NCBI GenBank assembly: GCA_965645245.1
Contig: OZ287067.1
Location: 744,001-808,000 of the forward strand
Source: Massalongia carnosa
Lineage: Eukaryota
DNA: 64,000 bases
Reading direction: 5' to 3'
In this document: positions 12,935-24,821 of the stretch, piece by piece
Layout: each line of letters begins with the position of its first letter
Position numbering within the stretch: position 1 is the stretch's first letter
Notes under the pieces: generated by a model
Told to the model about the DNA's origin: nothing
Databases searched by the model: none
The model's input: the letters and a program-made list of their open reading frames with translations, nothing else
Position numbers and translations under genes: made by a program

Positions 12935-13436
12935 GACGACAATGCAATATTCGCGACTACCCCCTAGATAGTAGGCGCGCGGCCCCAGTATAGACGCCTA
13001 TAATGTTGAAGCTTTGGAATTCACCGGACAATTTGAGAAATGAATGGCTTTCCAGTAGACTGACCAACCAAGAGCGGGGAAATCGGCCAATGAAAGACGC
13101 CGTCCAACAGCGAATGACAGTAAAAAAAGGCACGCTTGGTGATAATGAAGAAATATTGAGAATTTAATTCAACGACAGTGAGGTCGCAACATGTGCTCAG
13201 AAGTGACTATGAATCAACCAAGAACAAAGGTCTGTTGGTGGGTCTTGAACAAAGAGACCCGACTAACAAAGGCGCGACATAATAGGCGAACTCGAGTAAC
13301 AAAGCTAGTGGTTGGCAAAGCAACATAGGCGTGGAGGAGCGCTAGTTACCTAATCATATTTTGCTGTAGGGTCCAAGCTTGCGCTTGAAGACGAAGAAGA
13401 AAAACGAAAACTACTACCGAGAATATTATTTCGTCA

Positions 13437-15353
13437 ATGCCAGCCTCAACACATCAGATCTGTGTGTTATGTCAGTACAGAGGTTGTCTGAATTACTTAA
13501 ACTCTCAAAGGTCTCCGTCATGGCGACTAGTCAGATCGATGGGTCAGCTTCAGCGTCGACGTCCTCCAGCGAGGATGGCGCTCTCTCCAAGAGTTTCCCG
13601 CTCAATCGAGAGGGCTTCCCCAAGTGGGAAGCCGATTACACGGCGACCCTCTGGGCCTTTTGGTGGTATGAATATAACGTCAACAGATACACGGCGTGAG
13701 CCACGGAATCGCTCTGAAGCTGAGATTAGGAGAACATCTGGAGGACGAGAACGTCCGCAGAGAGAAAGGAGAGAATCTGAACCTTACAGGGCATTAAAGA
13801 TGCAGAGAGCCCTTAGTGAGATCCCTTATGGGCATCGCAACTCAGTCAAAGCGGAAATCAGCGATACCGAGACCTTTCATGATTTTCCTCTTTTACCGAG
13901 TGTTCAGGAGTCAATCGTTGCACAAGCATTGGCCGGGAAGGATGATATATCACCGACCCCAGTACAACGTTTGGCAATACCTGCACTATTAGGCGAGAAT
14001 ATGAGGTCGAGCAGGAGAAGGTCTCCAAAGGTGCGGAGCGAGGAACTTGAACAATATCTGATTGCCGCAGAAACGGGTTCTGGGAAGACTCTAGCTTATC
14101 TCCTGCCCGTACTGGATGCAATTAAACGTCACGAAATTAGCGACGCGGAGATGGATGTGCAACAGAAATCTACAAAAGAGGGGAAGATGAAGCTTAGGAA
14201 TCCCTCGGATCTAGAACCACCTCCATTATCCAACGAACCTCACCCGACCACAGGCCGTCCACGCGCCATAGTCCTTGTTCCAACATCCGAGCTAGTGACA
14301 CAGGTTGGAAGTCTCGCAAAATCTCTCTCACACACTGTCAAGTTTCGTTCTGCCCTCATATCTTCCGCTTACACTGGCCGAGTGATTCGTAACCGTCTTT
14401 TCGCCACGACTGGAGTCGACCTCTTGATCTCGACGCCGCACCTTCTTGCAAGTGTAGCCGAGTCCGATCCCAATATCCTCAGCCGTGTGTCGCACCTGGT
14501 CATTGATGAAGCCGACTCGCTACTAGACCGATCCTTTGCCCCTTCAACGTCGGCTATAATTGACAAAGTCACTCCATCTCTTCGCCAGCTGATTCTGTGC
14601 TCAGCAACAATCCCCCGAAGCCTAGATTCGTATCTTCGAAAACGCTTTCCAGATATGCGGCGGCTCGTGACACCGAATCTACATGCAATCCCGCGGCGGG
14701 TTCAGCTTGGGGTAGTGGATATAGACAAAGAACCGTATCGGGGTAACCGAAGTCTCGCATGTGCCGATACCATCTGGTCCATCGGGAAAGCCGCAGTGGA
14801 GCACGTCATGTCTTACGCTTCGTGTGGGATGGAGAAGGAACGGGTAGATTTGAAACGAATATTAGTATTTGTTAACGAGCGTGAGACGACGCAGGAAGTT
14901 GCCGAATATCTGGTCTCGAAAGGCATTGACGCCGTGGCACTCAACCGAGACACAACCGAGCAGCGACAATCAGAAATGCTGGAGACCTTCACCTCATCTG
15001 TCGGAGACACGGCAGCTGTTGCCCTTTCGCAGCATAGCGCTCCATCCGGTATGTCTAATTATACTCCAGCAAACCGCCCCTCAACGGTGACCCCTCTGCC
15101 GCGCCGGCATCTTCCCAACACAAAGGTTATTGTTACCACGGACCTTGGATCGCGCGGGATAGACACTGTGGCTGTACGGCATGTCATTCTCTATGATGTG
15201 CCACACTCCACTATTGATTTCATTCATCGTTTGGGTAGGACGGGTCGAATGGGTCGCAGAGGACGAGGTATTGTATTGGTGGGTCGAGGAGATCGGAGAG
15301 ACGTGGTCAAGGAGGTCAAAGAAGGAATGTTCAAAGGTCAGGCCCTGATATGA
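13437..15353 (+). CDS. MRH4: Mitochondrial DEAD-box RNA helicase Mrh4
   Basis: Single 638-aa ORF with an R/S-rich targeting-like N-terminus. Motifs AAETGSGKT, PTSEL, DEAD, SAT and HRLGRTGRMG. Confidence 0.9.
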   Translation: MPASTHQICVLCQYRGCLNYLNSQRSPSWRLVRSMGQLQRRRPPARMALSPRVSRSIERASPSGKPITRRPSGPFGGMNITSTDTRREPRNRSEAEIRRTSGGRERPQRERRESEPYRALKMQRALSEIPYGHRNSVKAEISDTETFHDFPLLPSVQESIVAQALAGKDDISPTPVQRLAIPALLGENMRSSRRRSPKVRSEELEQYLIAAETGSGKTLAYLLPVLDAIKRHEISDAEMDVQQKSTKEGKMKLRNPSDLEPPPLSNEPHPTTGRPRAIVLVPTSELVTQVGSLAKSLSHTVKFRSALISSAYTGRVIRNRLFATTGVDLLISTPHLLASVAESDPNILSRVSHLVIDEADSLLDRSFAPSTSAIIDKVTPSLRQLILCSATIPRSLDSYLRKRFPDMRRLVTPNLHAIPRRVQLGVVDIDKEPYRGNRSLACADTIWSIGKAAVEHVMSYASCGMEKERVDLKRILVFVNERETTQEVAEYLVSKGIDAVALNRDTTEQRQSEMLETFTSSVGDTAAVALSQHSAPSGMSNYTPANRPSTVTPLPRRHLPNTKVIVTTDLGSRGIDTVAVRHVILYDVPHSTIDFIHRLGRTGRMGRRGRGIVLVGRGDRRDVVKEVKEGMFKGQALI

Positions 15354-16003
15354 TGATTCAGGTTAGGTTACTACTGTACAATAGTCCGCTGACGATATGT
15401 TATTCGAATATACGTCAAACATCTGGGAGGCTTCATCATTGTTCCAGCCACAGGAAGTCTAAGTATTTTCTATTTGCCTTCTGAAATTTATATTGACCAT
15501 CTGCTTTTTCGTAATTAGAGAATGAGCGTTCCTCATATGTTGATGACACCTACCTACTGATCTTGGCCTTGCTGTTCTGTTTGTCTCATATCTCCCTTTT
15601 TGGATTTCGCTTCTCGTAAACGCGCATGATAGTCGTTCATGGCGCAATACTGAACTTTCTATGCTTGTCATGCATCGTACAGTTGAACCCCTAGCGTATC
15701 CCTTTCAAGAATTTACCTCATCCCTATAACTCTATTCTTGATATTGAAACCTACACCTAGAATTTCCATGTCCTATTGGACAGTAGATAAAAGCAGTCTT
15801 TTATTTAACTCGTCTGAAGGTTTTCACATTCTTTAATGTTGGGCACTAGAAACGTAGAAAATGGGTGGCTTGAAGTTTGACTTCTTTTCCTCAGGAGCCT
15901 TTGTCCCTTCCCTCGTTGCTCCGTCATCGTCAGCGTCTACTCAAAAACACATCCAAGTAGCTCTCCAAACAGAAACCAATCCCATTCCCTTCAACCCGTC
16001 ACA

Positions 16004-17398
16004 ATGCGCTGCATGCTCCCCCATATTCTTCTCACCACCTTGGCCAGCACAGCAAAATCCGCACAACTAGCGCCCCTAGACCTCACCTCGCTCCTCCAGG
16101 CCAACTCCAACCTCACCCAATTCGCCACCCTCCTCACCAGCTACGGCGACCTCTACGCCAACCTGTCCTTCCAGCAAAACATCACCATCCTCGCTCCCAA
16201 CAACGACGCCTTCGCTAAGATCCCCAACTCCCCGATCGGCGCCGCCTTTGCGAACAATCAGAGCGACGCCATCCGCGCCATTCTGGAGTACCACATCATT
16301 CCGGGCCTGCACCCGTCGACATCTTACAATGGGAGTTTTCAGTTCCATCCTACTTGGCTCACCAACTCGTCTTACACCAACGTCCCCGGCGGCCAGGTGG
16401 TCGGCGGGGTCGCCCAGGCAGGCAACGTGAACATCTACACCAGCGGTTACGGTTCCCGTACAACCGTTATCCAACCCGTAAACTCCTCTTTCCTCACTTC
16501 CTCTATCCATAACCCTATCGTTCACCCCCCCTCCCCCCCCCCCTATTCCTACAATTATCCACATTTCACAACTAACTTCTTTCCTTCTCTTCCTATATCC
16601 TAGGACCTTGCTTTCGTATACGGCCTCCTTCACACTATTGACACCTTCCTCCTCCCTCCCGTCGACTTCCCCACCACATCGGTGCAATTCAACCTTACCT
16701 CCGTCCGTGGCGCCATAGCCCACGCGTCCCTCACGCCCTCCATCGCCAGCACGCGCGCCATCACGATCTTCGCCCCCAACAACGACGCCTTCCAAGCCCT
16801 CGGCCAAACCCTAACCCACCTCTCCCCCGCTGAGCTCGCCTCCCTCCTAAGCTACCACGTCGTCGCGGGGCCCTCGCCCTATTACAGTCCCAGCCTCCTC
16901 AATGGAACCGTCCTGCGCACCAACCAGGGCGGGGCTCTCACTATGCGGTTCGCCTCCAACAGCCTGTTCGTTAACGCTGCCCGCGTGCTGCAGCAGGACA
17001 TCCTCCTCGCCAACGGCGTCATGCATGTGCTCGATAACGTCCTCAGCCCCAACGCTTCCGCCGCGCGCCCTGTCCCCGCCGTTCGCATCCAGGCGCCCGT
17101 GATCCGCGGCACGCCTATCCGCGGCAACGTGTTGCCGTTCTCGCAGGATGCGATCACGGGCGGTGGGACGGTGACTGCGACTCTGCCGGCGTCGGCGTCG
17201 GCGTCAGGGCCGGGGGCGACGAGCTCGGCCGTGGATGCAGGGAGCGGGGGGGCGAGCGCGGCCGCGGCGACTGCGACGGGTTCGGCGAAGGACAAGGGGT
17301 CGAAGAAGGCGGGGGGACAGAAAATTGAAGTGGGCCGGTTGGGCGCGGGGTTGGGGGCTGGTTTTGGAGCGGCGATGGCGGTGTTGGGGGGGTTGTGA
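16004..17398 (+). CDS. Secreted, probably GPI-anchored, fasciclin (two FAS1 domains) protein, 2 exons
   Basis: Hydrophobic signal peptide. FAS1 motifs TILAPNNDAF/ILEYHII and TIFAPNNDAF/LLSYHVV/NGVMHVLDNVL. Intron 16478-16603. S/A/T-rich stalk and hydrophobic C-terminus. Confidence 0.9.
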
Positions 17399-17768
17399 AA
17401 GGGGGGACACGGGGAGTGTACTCTATAAGGAGAAGGGAGATGATTTGCTGGACTGTTTGTTATTTTTCATCTGAAGGCACTAATTGAAGATGGTTGGTAT
17501 TTGCTGTAGATGAATTGGCCAGGCTAATGTTCATTAAAACTATTTTGGAGGTGAGTCTTGAGAGGGGGAGAAGGGGTGGATACAAGCGTACTCTATCTAC
17601 ACCGGCAAGATAGAAATCAGAGGATGGGAGGGATTTAACTAGAAATTTTTAGAGTCGTACTACCAAGATGGGAACATCGTACTGAGGTAATTGATTTATT
17701 CTACAGATATTATGGTTCACGTAGAAAGACACCGTGTTTGAAGGACACACATATCTGGATCCCCACGG

Positions 17769-19270
17769 TTATAAAGCGTCCTCGAACTCCGCCTCTTCGT
17801 CTTCGTCTGAATCATTTTCCGCCCCGTTTCCTGCAGCCTGCTTCATATCCTGACCCTCGATCTCCTGGCTCTCTCTCTTCACCCTCTTCGCCGCTAGCCC
17901 ACCTTCGACGCCCTCAGCTACCAGCCCAGAGCCTACGGGAGTGGAGATATTCGTCCCTGGTGCACTACTTCCGGAGTCGCTCTCGCGCTTCTTACTGGAA
18001 CTTCTATAAGGGGCAGGCTTGAGGCCGTTAGGGGCAGAACTCGCCAGGGACGCAGCGACGGAAGCACCGATGCCAACGTCCTCAAAATCGTCATCGTCTT
18101 CCTCGCCATCACTGGACGCATCCGCTTCGCGATCTTCCCTGAGTTCCTTCTCCTTTTCCTGCTGCATCTGCGCGTAATAAGCGGCTAGCTCATCGTTAAG
18201 AATGTTCCCTCCCTTCTTTTCGTCGTCCTCGGCTTTTGGAAAGCTCGTCGGACCGCCATTGGTAACTTGGCGCTCGTGGTCTCTTGCGTTGGCTGTGCGC
18301 TCTCCCGTTACGGTCGAATTTGTATGCCACACGGGGAGGACGTTCTGTGCAGCAAGATCGGCTTTCCGCTGCGCTTCGGCCGCCTGCTCGGCTGCTGTGC
18401 GTTCCGAACTTGTTGTGAGAGATATTTCTAAGGGGATAGTCAGGTTCTGAGTGACTCCCTTGACGCCGGTTGGAGGTCCTTTGCCAAAAGGAAGGGGTTC
18501 AGTAGCTCGAATAGGGTTAATAAGTTCATTCCTTTGTACCGGGACCATGACGGCGAAAGCGGCTTCGAAGTCGTTGTTTGGGATATCTTCAGAGTCAATT
18601 TGCTGTAAGAGCTTGAGCAAGCGTTCCAGCTGGCTCATGAGCTTGCTCTGTTTCTCGTGCCCAGAAGAACTCCCCGCAGCACGGGATTCCTCTTCAAGAA
18701 TCCCGCCGCATCGATGACATATAAAGCCCATAGGCCCAACGCTATCCAGCACCTGAAGAGTTGTATATTGAGATTTGCAACGAGGGCAATAAAAGTCTTT
18801 CTTTTCTTCACTAGGTTTGTATAAATCCTTTACCCGCTCAGTGAGATGAAATATGCGGTACTTGATGGCATCTATGGTTGCATGGAAGTCTATATAGTAA
18901 TAGTCCTTGTTGATAGGTCGCTGTTGGCCTTCGCGAGTCTCTTGGCGGGAATGACTTGAATTTTCCATTAGTGTCAAGTTACTCCCTCAAGTTACACCGT
19001 ATAAGCATTCGGAGACCAAACTCACACTGCCAGCAGTCTGTCTTCTTTCAGTTTCCCGCATAATTTACGTAGATCCTTCTGCTGCATACCCAGAAGTAAA
19101 GCGAGATCCTCATTAGGCAAACTAAAAAGCATCCTTCAGCGTTCATCGCTAAGTGACAGATGTGCTTCCACTGACGCTGAGTGAACCATCAAAGCATCGA
19201 TAACCAGAACATGCTTCGTCTCGTAGAAGGCTCGAGCGACGCTCCGGATGAGGGTTTTGGCTAAATCCAT
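17769..19270 (-). CDS. TFA1: Transcription factor TFIIE alpha subunit, 3 exons
   Basis: Start MDLAKTLIRSVARAFY; YYYIDFHATIDAIKYR; zinc ribbon CPRC...CHRC; acidic tail ending EFEDAL. Confidence 0.93.
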
Positions 19271-19713
19271 GCCTCGATGGAGCAAGTATCCACTTTTTTA
19301 TGTTGATGTTTTGATGAAAGTCCGCTGCATTAAAGGTAAAGTAACAAGATTCCGAGGTAAGAGCCAAATCATGGCGAGAGTGTTGAATTCCAAAAGATCA
19401 TGGTGGACTTGGCTGATCCTCTTTCACTTGGGAATGAGGAAGATCAAAAACACATGCCAATTCGTAAGTCGCCCAGCCCTGGTAATATTTGACAGCTAAA
19501 AGAGAGAACTGCTTTCTGATGAATGATATAAAACCTATCGAAGTGAATTCACCTCGATGGTTACCAAGTTTATCGGTATTGTCGTGTTGCCAGCCAAACC
19601 TTCGGACAATTCTTCAACACTCAATCGAAAGATTTCAATGCAGGAAAATATTACGCTAAAACAACAGTTAGTTTCAATGGTTGTTCCACAAGGTAACTAA
19701 CTAACGGTACTTC

Positions 19714-21355
19714 GTTGACACCGAAAGTCCTGATAATACGCTAATGCGGGCAAAAAACGCCACATAGATTTAGCGTTAAAAATGCTATCATTCAAAGTGG
19801 TAACAACAAGGTCGAAACTTCAGCTTTTGATGTTTGTTTTATTATCATATTTTCTATAATATATTTTATATAATAATGGGTGATTCACGAACAGTAAATC
19901 ATACAAAAGCTGCAAGATTACAGGCTCTTTCTTTGGTTGAACATGGAGTTGGAATAGATGCAGCTGCTACAGCCTCCGGTATGACTTCTATAACCGTCAG
20001 ACGTCTGAGAAAAAAAGCTAGAGAACGAGGTTTTGATCCGGAGGTCTCTTCTGTTATGAAAGAAGAATATGTCAAAGATGCACCTCGTTCAGGTCGTCCA
20101 TCGAAGGTGACTTCGGAGGTTGAATCTGACATTTTGACAACAGTTCGAAAAGACGCAAATGGTCGAGAAAAACCAGCCGCAGTGCTTGCATATGAGCACA
20201 ATGTCTCCGCAACAACTATTCTTCGAGTTCTAAAACGCATTCGTTTGCGATGGCGTAAAACAACTAAAAAACCCGGTCTCACTCCTGCAATGATGGAGGC
20301 TCGATATCAGTTCGCCTTGCGACATGAACACTGGAAGATCGAAGACTGGAAGAAGGTCATTTGGACCGACGAAACAAGCGTTTGTTTGGGCACTCGTCGA
20401 GCATGCATACGAGTATGGCGCGATTCAACCGAATCGTACAATAAAACTTGCGTTCGTCGACGATGGAAAGAATATTCGGAGTTCATGTTTTGGGGTTCTT
20501 TTAGTTATAATAAGAAAGGTGCTATGCACATTTGAAAAGACGAGACCGCTGCTGAAAAGAAGGATGCAATTGAGCATTTAAAACGACTCAACGACATTTC
20601 AGAACCTGCAGCGAAAGAAGAATGGGAATTAACCAACGGAATAAGACGAATGGGACTACGAAATCCTGGAGGTCGAAAGCCCACTTGGACATGGAACAAA
20701 GCTCACGGTAAAATGGAGCGAGATGGGAAAGGAAAAATTGACTGGTATCGCTATCAAATTCATATATTAATTCCCAAATTGATTCCCTTCACTCTTCACT
20801 GCATGATAAATCGTCCGGACACTTTGATACAGGAAGACAAGGCTCCCAGTCATGCTTGTAAGCATCAGGATCAGATACTTATGAATGCAGGAGTTATGCG
20901 CTTGATTTGGCCCGGAAATTCTCCTGATCTCAATATGATCGAGACTTGTTGGGCCTGGATGAAGCAACAAACCACCCGAATAGGCTGTCCGATGAACAGA
21001 ATCATCATGGAAAAGGTTTGGACTCGGTACTGGAAAAAGACATTGACTCAGAAACGTATTCAGCACTGGATTGAGCGCATACCTCGTCATATTCAGCAGG
21101 TTATAGCTTTAGAGGGTGGGAATCAGTATCGCGAAGGTTCCACCGAAGCAGAAAGCGGAGTTCGTCTTTATATCAGTGAAGAACGAAAAGAACGATATGA
21201 TCGAGGTCGACGAGGCCTTCGAGCTGGTGATAATAGTAATAATATCTAGCGATGACGAGGTGGATGACTAGAAATTCCAGAATTCGGCACTATAACATGC
21301 CAAGACACTAGTATTAGCTTTACATTAGCGTATTATCAGCACTTTCGGTGTCAAC
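19714..21355 (+). mobile_element. Tc1/mariner-superfamily DNA transposon with 33-bp TIRs
   Basis: Left TIR GTTGACACCGAAAGTCCTGATAATACGCTAATG (19714-19746) matches the reverse complement of 21323-21355 at 32/33. TA occurs at 21357-21358, but the left-side TA duplication is not clean. Internal transposase frame. Confidence 0.92.
19876..21249 (+). pseudogene. Tc1-type DD34E transposase interrupted by one in-frame TGA
   Basis: HTH region ending PRSGRP. Catalytic residues in WTDE, QEDKAPSH and SPDLNMIE, with 34 residues between the second D and E. The two ORF-track pieces share a frame, separated only by TGA at 20533-20535. Confidence 0.9.
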
Positions 21356-21711
21356 CTAGCCACTTTAATCAGCAGCGGCTATATTATATTTGTATTAGCT
21401 AAACTTTAAACTCGGCTTAGTACACTATCTTACTCTAACGATTACTATACATCAAAAAAACCAGAAAATTACCTACAATGGTTATCGTTATTTACAGAGT
21501 AATCGAATCGTCAAAACCAGAATATCGTCACAACCAAATTCGTTATAGCCAGGGTTGACTGTAGTAGACCTTCTAAATCACATACTCGTAATTTTGGAAA
21601 TCCAGTGTATTGAAAGAACGCGATACACAAATAAATGCATTTTACTTTTACAATCACAACCTTGATAAGAGCGCAGCGGTTCGCACCCTCAATCGATACA
21701 ACCAAAGTACG

Positions 21712-23906
21712 ATGGCTTCCTTTGCGGAAAATACGTCAATTGAGCCTTCACTCACCCAGGCGAAGAGAATATCTACAGGTGAAGAGCAAGGAAAGGGAAG
21801 GAGAAGAGGAAACAAAAGCCAAAGGGGCAATACGAGAGGCGCTACAGAAGGACGAGGAGTTTCTAGCGGCCGCAATAAGAGATCGGATATGGGACGTTCG
21901 GAATGGAGGTATGGAGACCTCAGCTATCCATTTTTCTCTCCGGACTAATTAATGAAGTCGGAATTCAGTTGACAAGAGGGCGCGGAACGAGGCAACGCAA
22001 CAAGCTGCAAAACGTCGGAAGGTCAATGGCGACGAGAACCATGTCCCTGTTTACGCAACGCAGTTCTCCAAAGAAGAGATAGAAAGCGAGGGGAAGAAAC
22101 CTAAAAGAAAAGTAGCGGTGATGATAGGTTATTCTGGAAGCGGCTACAAGGGGATGCAGCTGCAAGTTGTCATAGGCTTAGATCTGCGGAGATTTAATAA
22201 CTGACCGTGATCAGAAACCATAATGAGAGGACCATTGAAGGTGACCTGTTTAGTGCCTTCGTCGCTGCTGGTGCAATCTCAAAGGCCAATGGCGATGATC
22301 CGAAGAAGTCCTCGCTGATCAGATGTGCTCGTACGGACAAAGGAGTGCATGCAGCTGGCAATTTGATATCTCTCAAGCTGATCCTTGAAGATCCCGAAAT
22401 AGTCACAAAAATCAATGAAAAACTATCGCCCCAAATTCGAGTTTTTGGCCTCACCCGTACAAATGGTAGTTTTAACGCCTACCAATTCTGTGATTCCAGG
22501 ATCTATGAATATCTAATACCTACGCATGTCTTTCTGCCGCCCCATCCGAATAGTTTCCTCGGGAAAAAACTTGTGGAGCTTGCTGAGGAGGCTGGAAACA
22601 TTGAAGAGTATCAGAAGCGGCAAAGTGAGGTTTCAACATTCTGGGAGGAGGCTGAAGAACAATTTATTAAGCCTATACTTGAGCAGCTTGATCCTTCGAT
22701 TCGACCAATTGTGCTCAAAGCACTCTACGATTCAGGTACTAGGGATACATACCCTGATACGTCAACCAACCAACAACATAAACCTCAAGATGAAGGCCAA
22801 TCATCAACACTTCCCAAATTAGAAGTAGGCGTTGGGTCCAAGAAGCTGCCTGCGGAACAGCAAAACCAACGGGACACCACCCTAAGCCAGTATCTGCCTA
22901 CCTTGCGACCAGAGGACCCCCTGCAACAGCCAGTTGCCCAAGAGGTAGATTACCCAACTCAGCCGCTGGCAGGGGACATGGTAAAAAATGGAAGTGACTT
23001 AGCAGCTCAAAATCACGGTCTCCCCCCAAATCAAACCGATGTATCCCCTCTTGAGCTTGCAATCAAGAACCTCAAAGCCGCTTACACGACCGCCAAAAAT
23101 GCCTACAGAATCCATCCCGCCCGCCTCGCCCGCGTCCGCTCCAGCCTTTCTCGTTACGTCGGCTCGCAAAACTACCACAACTATACCGTCCACAAATCCT
23201 TCCACGACGCGTCCGCCATACGCGTAATCAAATCCTTCGTCGTGCACGGCGAGCCGCTACTGATTAACGATACCGAATGGCTCTCGCTCAAGGTGCACGG
23301 GCAGAGCTTCATGATGCATCAAATCCGGAAGATGATTAGCATGGTGGCGCTGATGGTGCGGTGCGGCTGCCATGAGGGCCGTCTGCAGGACTCGTACATG
23401 CAGGACCGCATCACCATCCCCAAGGCGCCCGGGCTAGGGCTGTTGCTTGAGCGGCCTGTGTTCGATACGTACAACGAGAAACTAGTGGGGGAGTTCGGAC
23501 GGGAAGGCATTGATTTCGGACGATACGAAAAGGAGATGGAGGAGTTCAAGCAACGGGAAATCTACGAGCGGATTTTCCGCGAGGAGGAACGAGATCACCA
23601 GTTTGTGTTCCCCCTTTATCCTTCCCCTAAAACATTAGCTTCACTCAACTGCTCGCATCTTGTTCCCCATAGTAAAGAGCGCTGACCCATTTCATCTCAT
23701 TCCTCATCCAAAGGTTCCATGCCTTCTTCTCCTCAATCGACAACCTCAAATCGTCACAGTTCCTCTACCTCTCCTCCCTCGGCATCCCAGCCACCAAGAC
23801 GCCCCTCGCGAGCGAGCAGCAATCCGCGATGTTAGAACGGGCTGAGAACGTCATCGATGGGTCGTCCGAGGAAGAGGACGGCGTTGGCGGCGGGGAAGAG
23901 GGATGA
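21712..23906 (+). CDS. PUS1: tRNA pseudouridine synthase 1 (TruA family), 4 exons
   Basis: Motifs KRKVAVMIGYSGSGYKGMQL, CARTDKGVHA and KVHGQSFMMHQIRKM. Introns at 21909-21957, 22162-22214 (GC donor) and ~23600-23712. Confidence 0.94.
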
Positions 23907-24821
23907 TTTGGGAGGTTTCAATCAAGAGATTCGGTTGTGTTAAAAGTATCCAGATCTGTAGCTCTGCTCGTGGGTGGGTGGGGGTAGTTGGGGATTGGTG
24001 TCCGGCAAGGGCTTGCTAGACAAATACTCGTTCATGACCCAGCAAATATATCTTTATCCATTCCACTTTCCCAACGGCCCAATCTATAAGTTTAATCCAC
24101 CTTCCCCCCCAAAACACTCAAGTCATCATGTATAACTCCTACCCTCGTTCGCATCATTTCCCTAAACTAGGAACGATTTATACGGATAAGGGGGTTTGTT
24201 TCTCTTTCCCTTCCCCTCCTTTTGAACAATTCGTCCAGCAAAGTGGATTTTTGAGAGCGGGGGAGTTTAAGGGGAAATAACCCAGGATCGTTGATGCGCA
24301 TTACGTTTTTCAGATTTTACATTGCCCTTACTCTGATCGATTGAGCATGCCGATTGTAAGTGTTCAACCCTCGACATGTAAGGCTTCCCCCTCGGCCCAC
24401 CGGCTACCGGCCTCCCGGCTACCGGCGACTAAACTGAGATTTCGAAAGAACACCTTCCGTAAACCTCCCCAGACGGGAAATACTCGCACTCAGGGCCTGG
24501 GGTAATAAACATTGGAGACGCCGCTCAGCATTACGAGAATCCCCTTCCTGTGTCACGTTTTGTTTGCCTTCCCCACATCCCAGCCCACGGAACCAAATCT
24601 ACGAATCTTTCGCCACTCCTGCCGTTGTTACGCCTTTGACCGGAATGCGCATCCTGGTCCATCATTGAGACATTAAAGAGCAAGGCCTCCTTACGCGCCA
24701 AAGCCATCCTGAATTTGCTATCAGTGCGCCAAATAGCCGAAAACCCAATGGCAAGAACCGTTAATCTACCCCCTCCCCCTTATTTCTCAAATACGCGTAG
24801 CAGTCATACTCAGAGAATGGT

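Noticed and set aside
16076..17474. Long antisense and alternate-frame ORFs over the fasciclin gene (similar shadows occur over SFC1, the HAD gene and NSRP1)
   Set aside because: Shadow ORFs produced by GC-rich codon bias, with no motifs.
24300..24720. GC-rich, structured-looking stretch with a CCGGCTACCGGC direct repeat, considered as RNase P/MRP RNA
   Set aside because: The conserved P4 (CR-I/CR-V) motifs were not found. It is more simply the 3' region of the USP gene.
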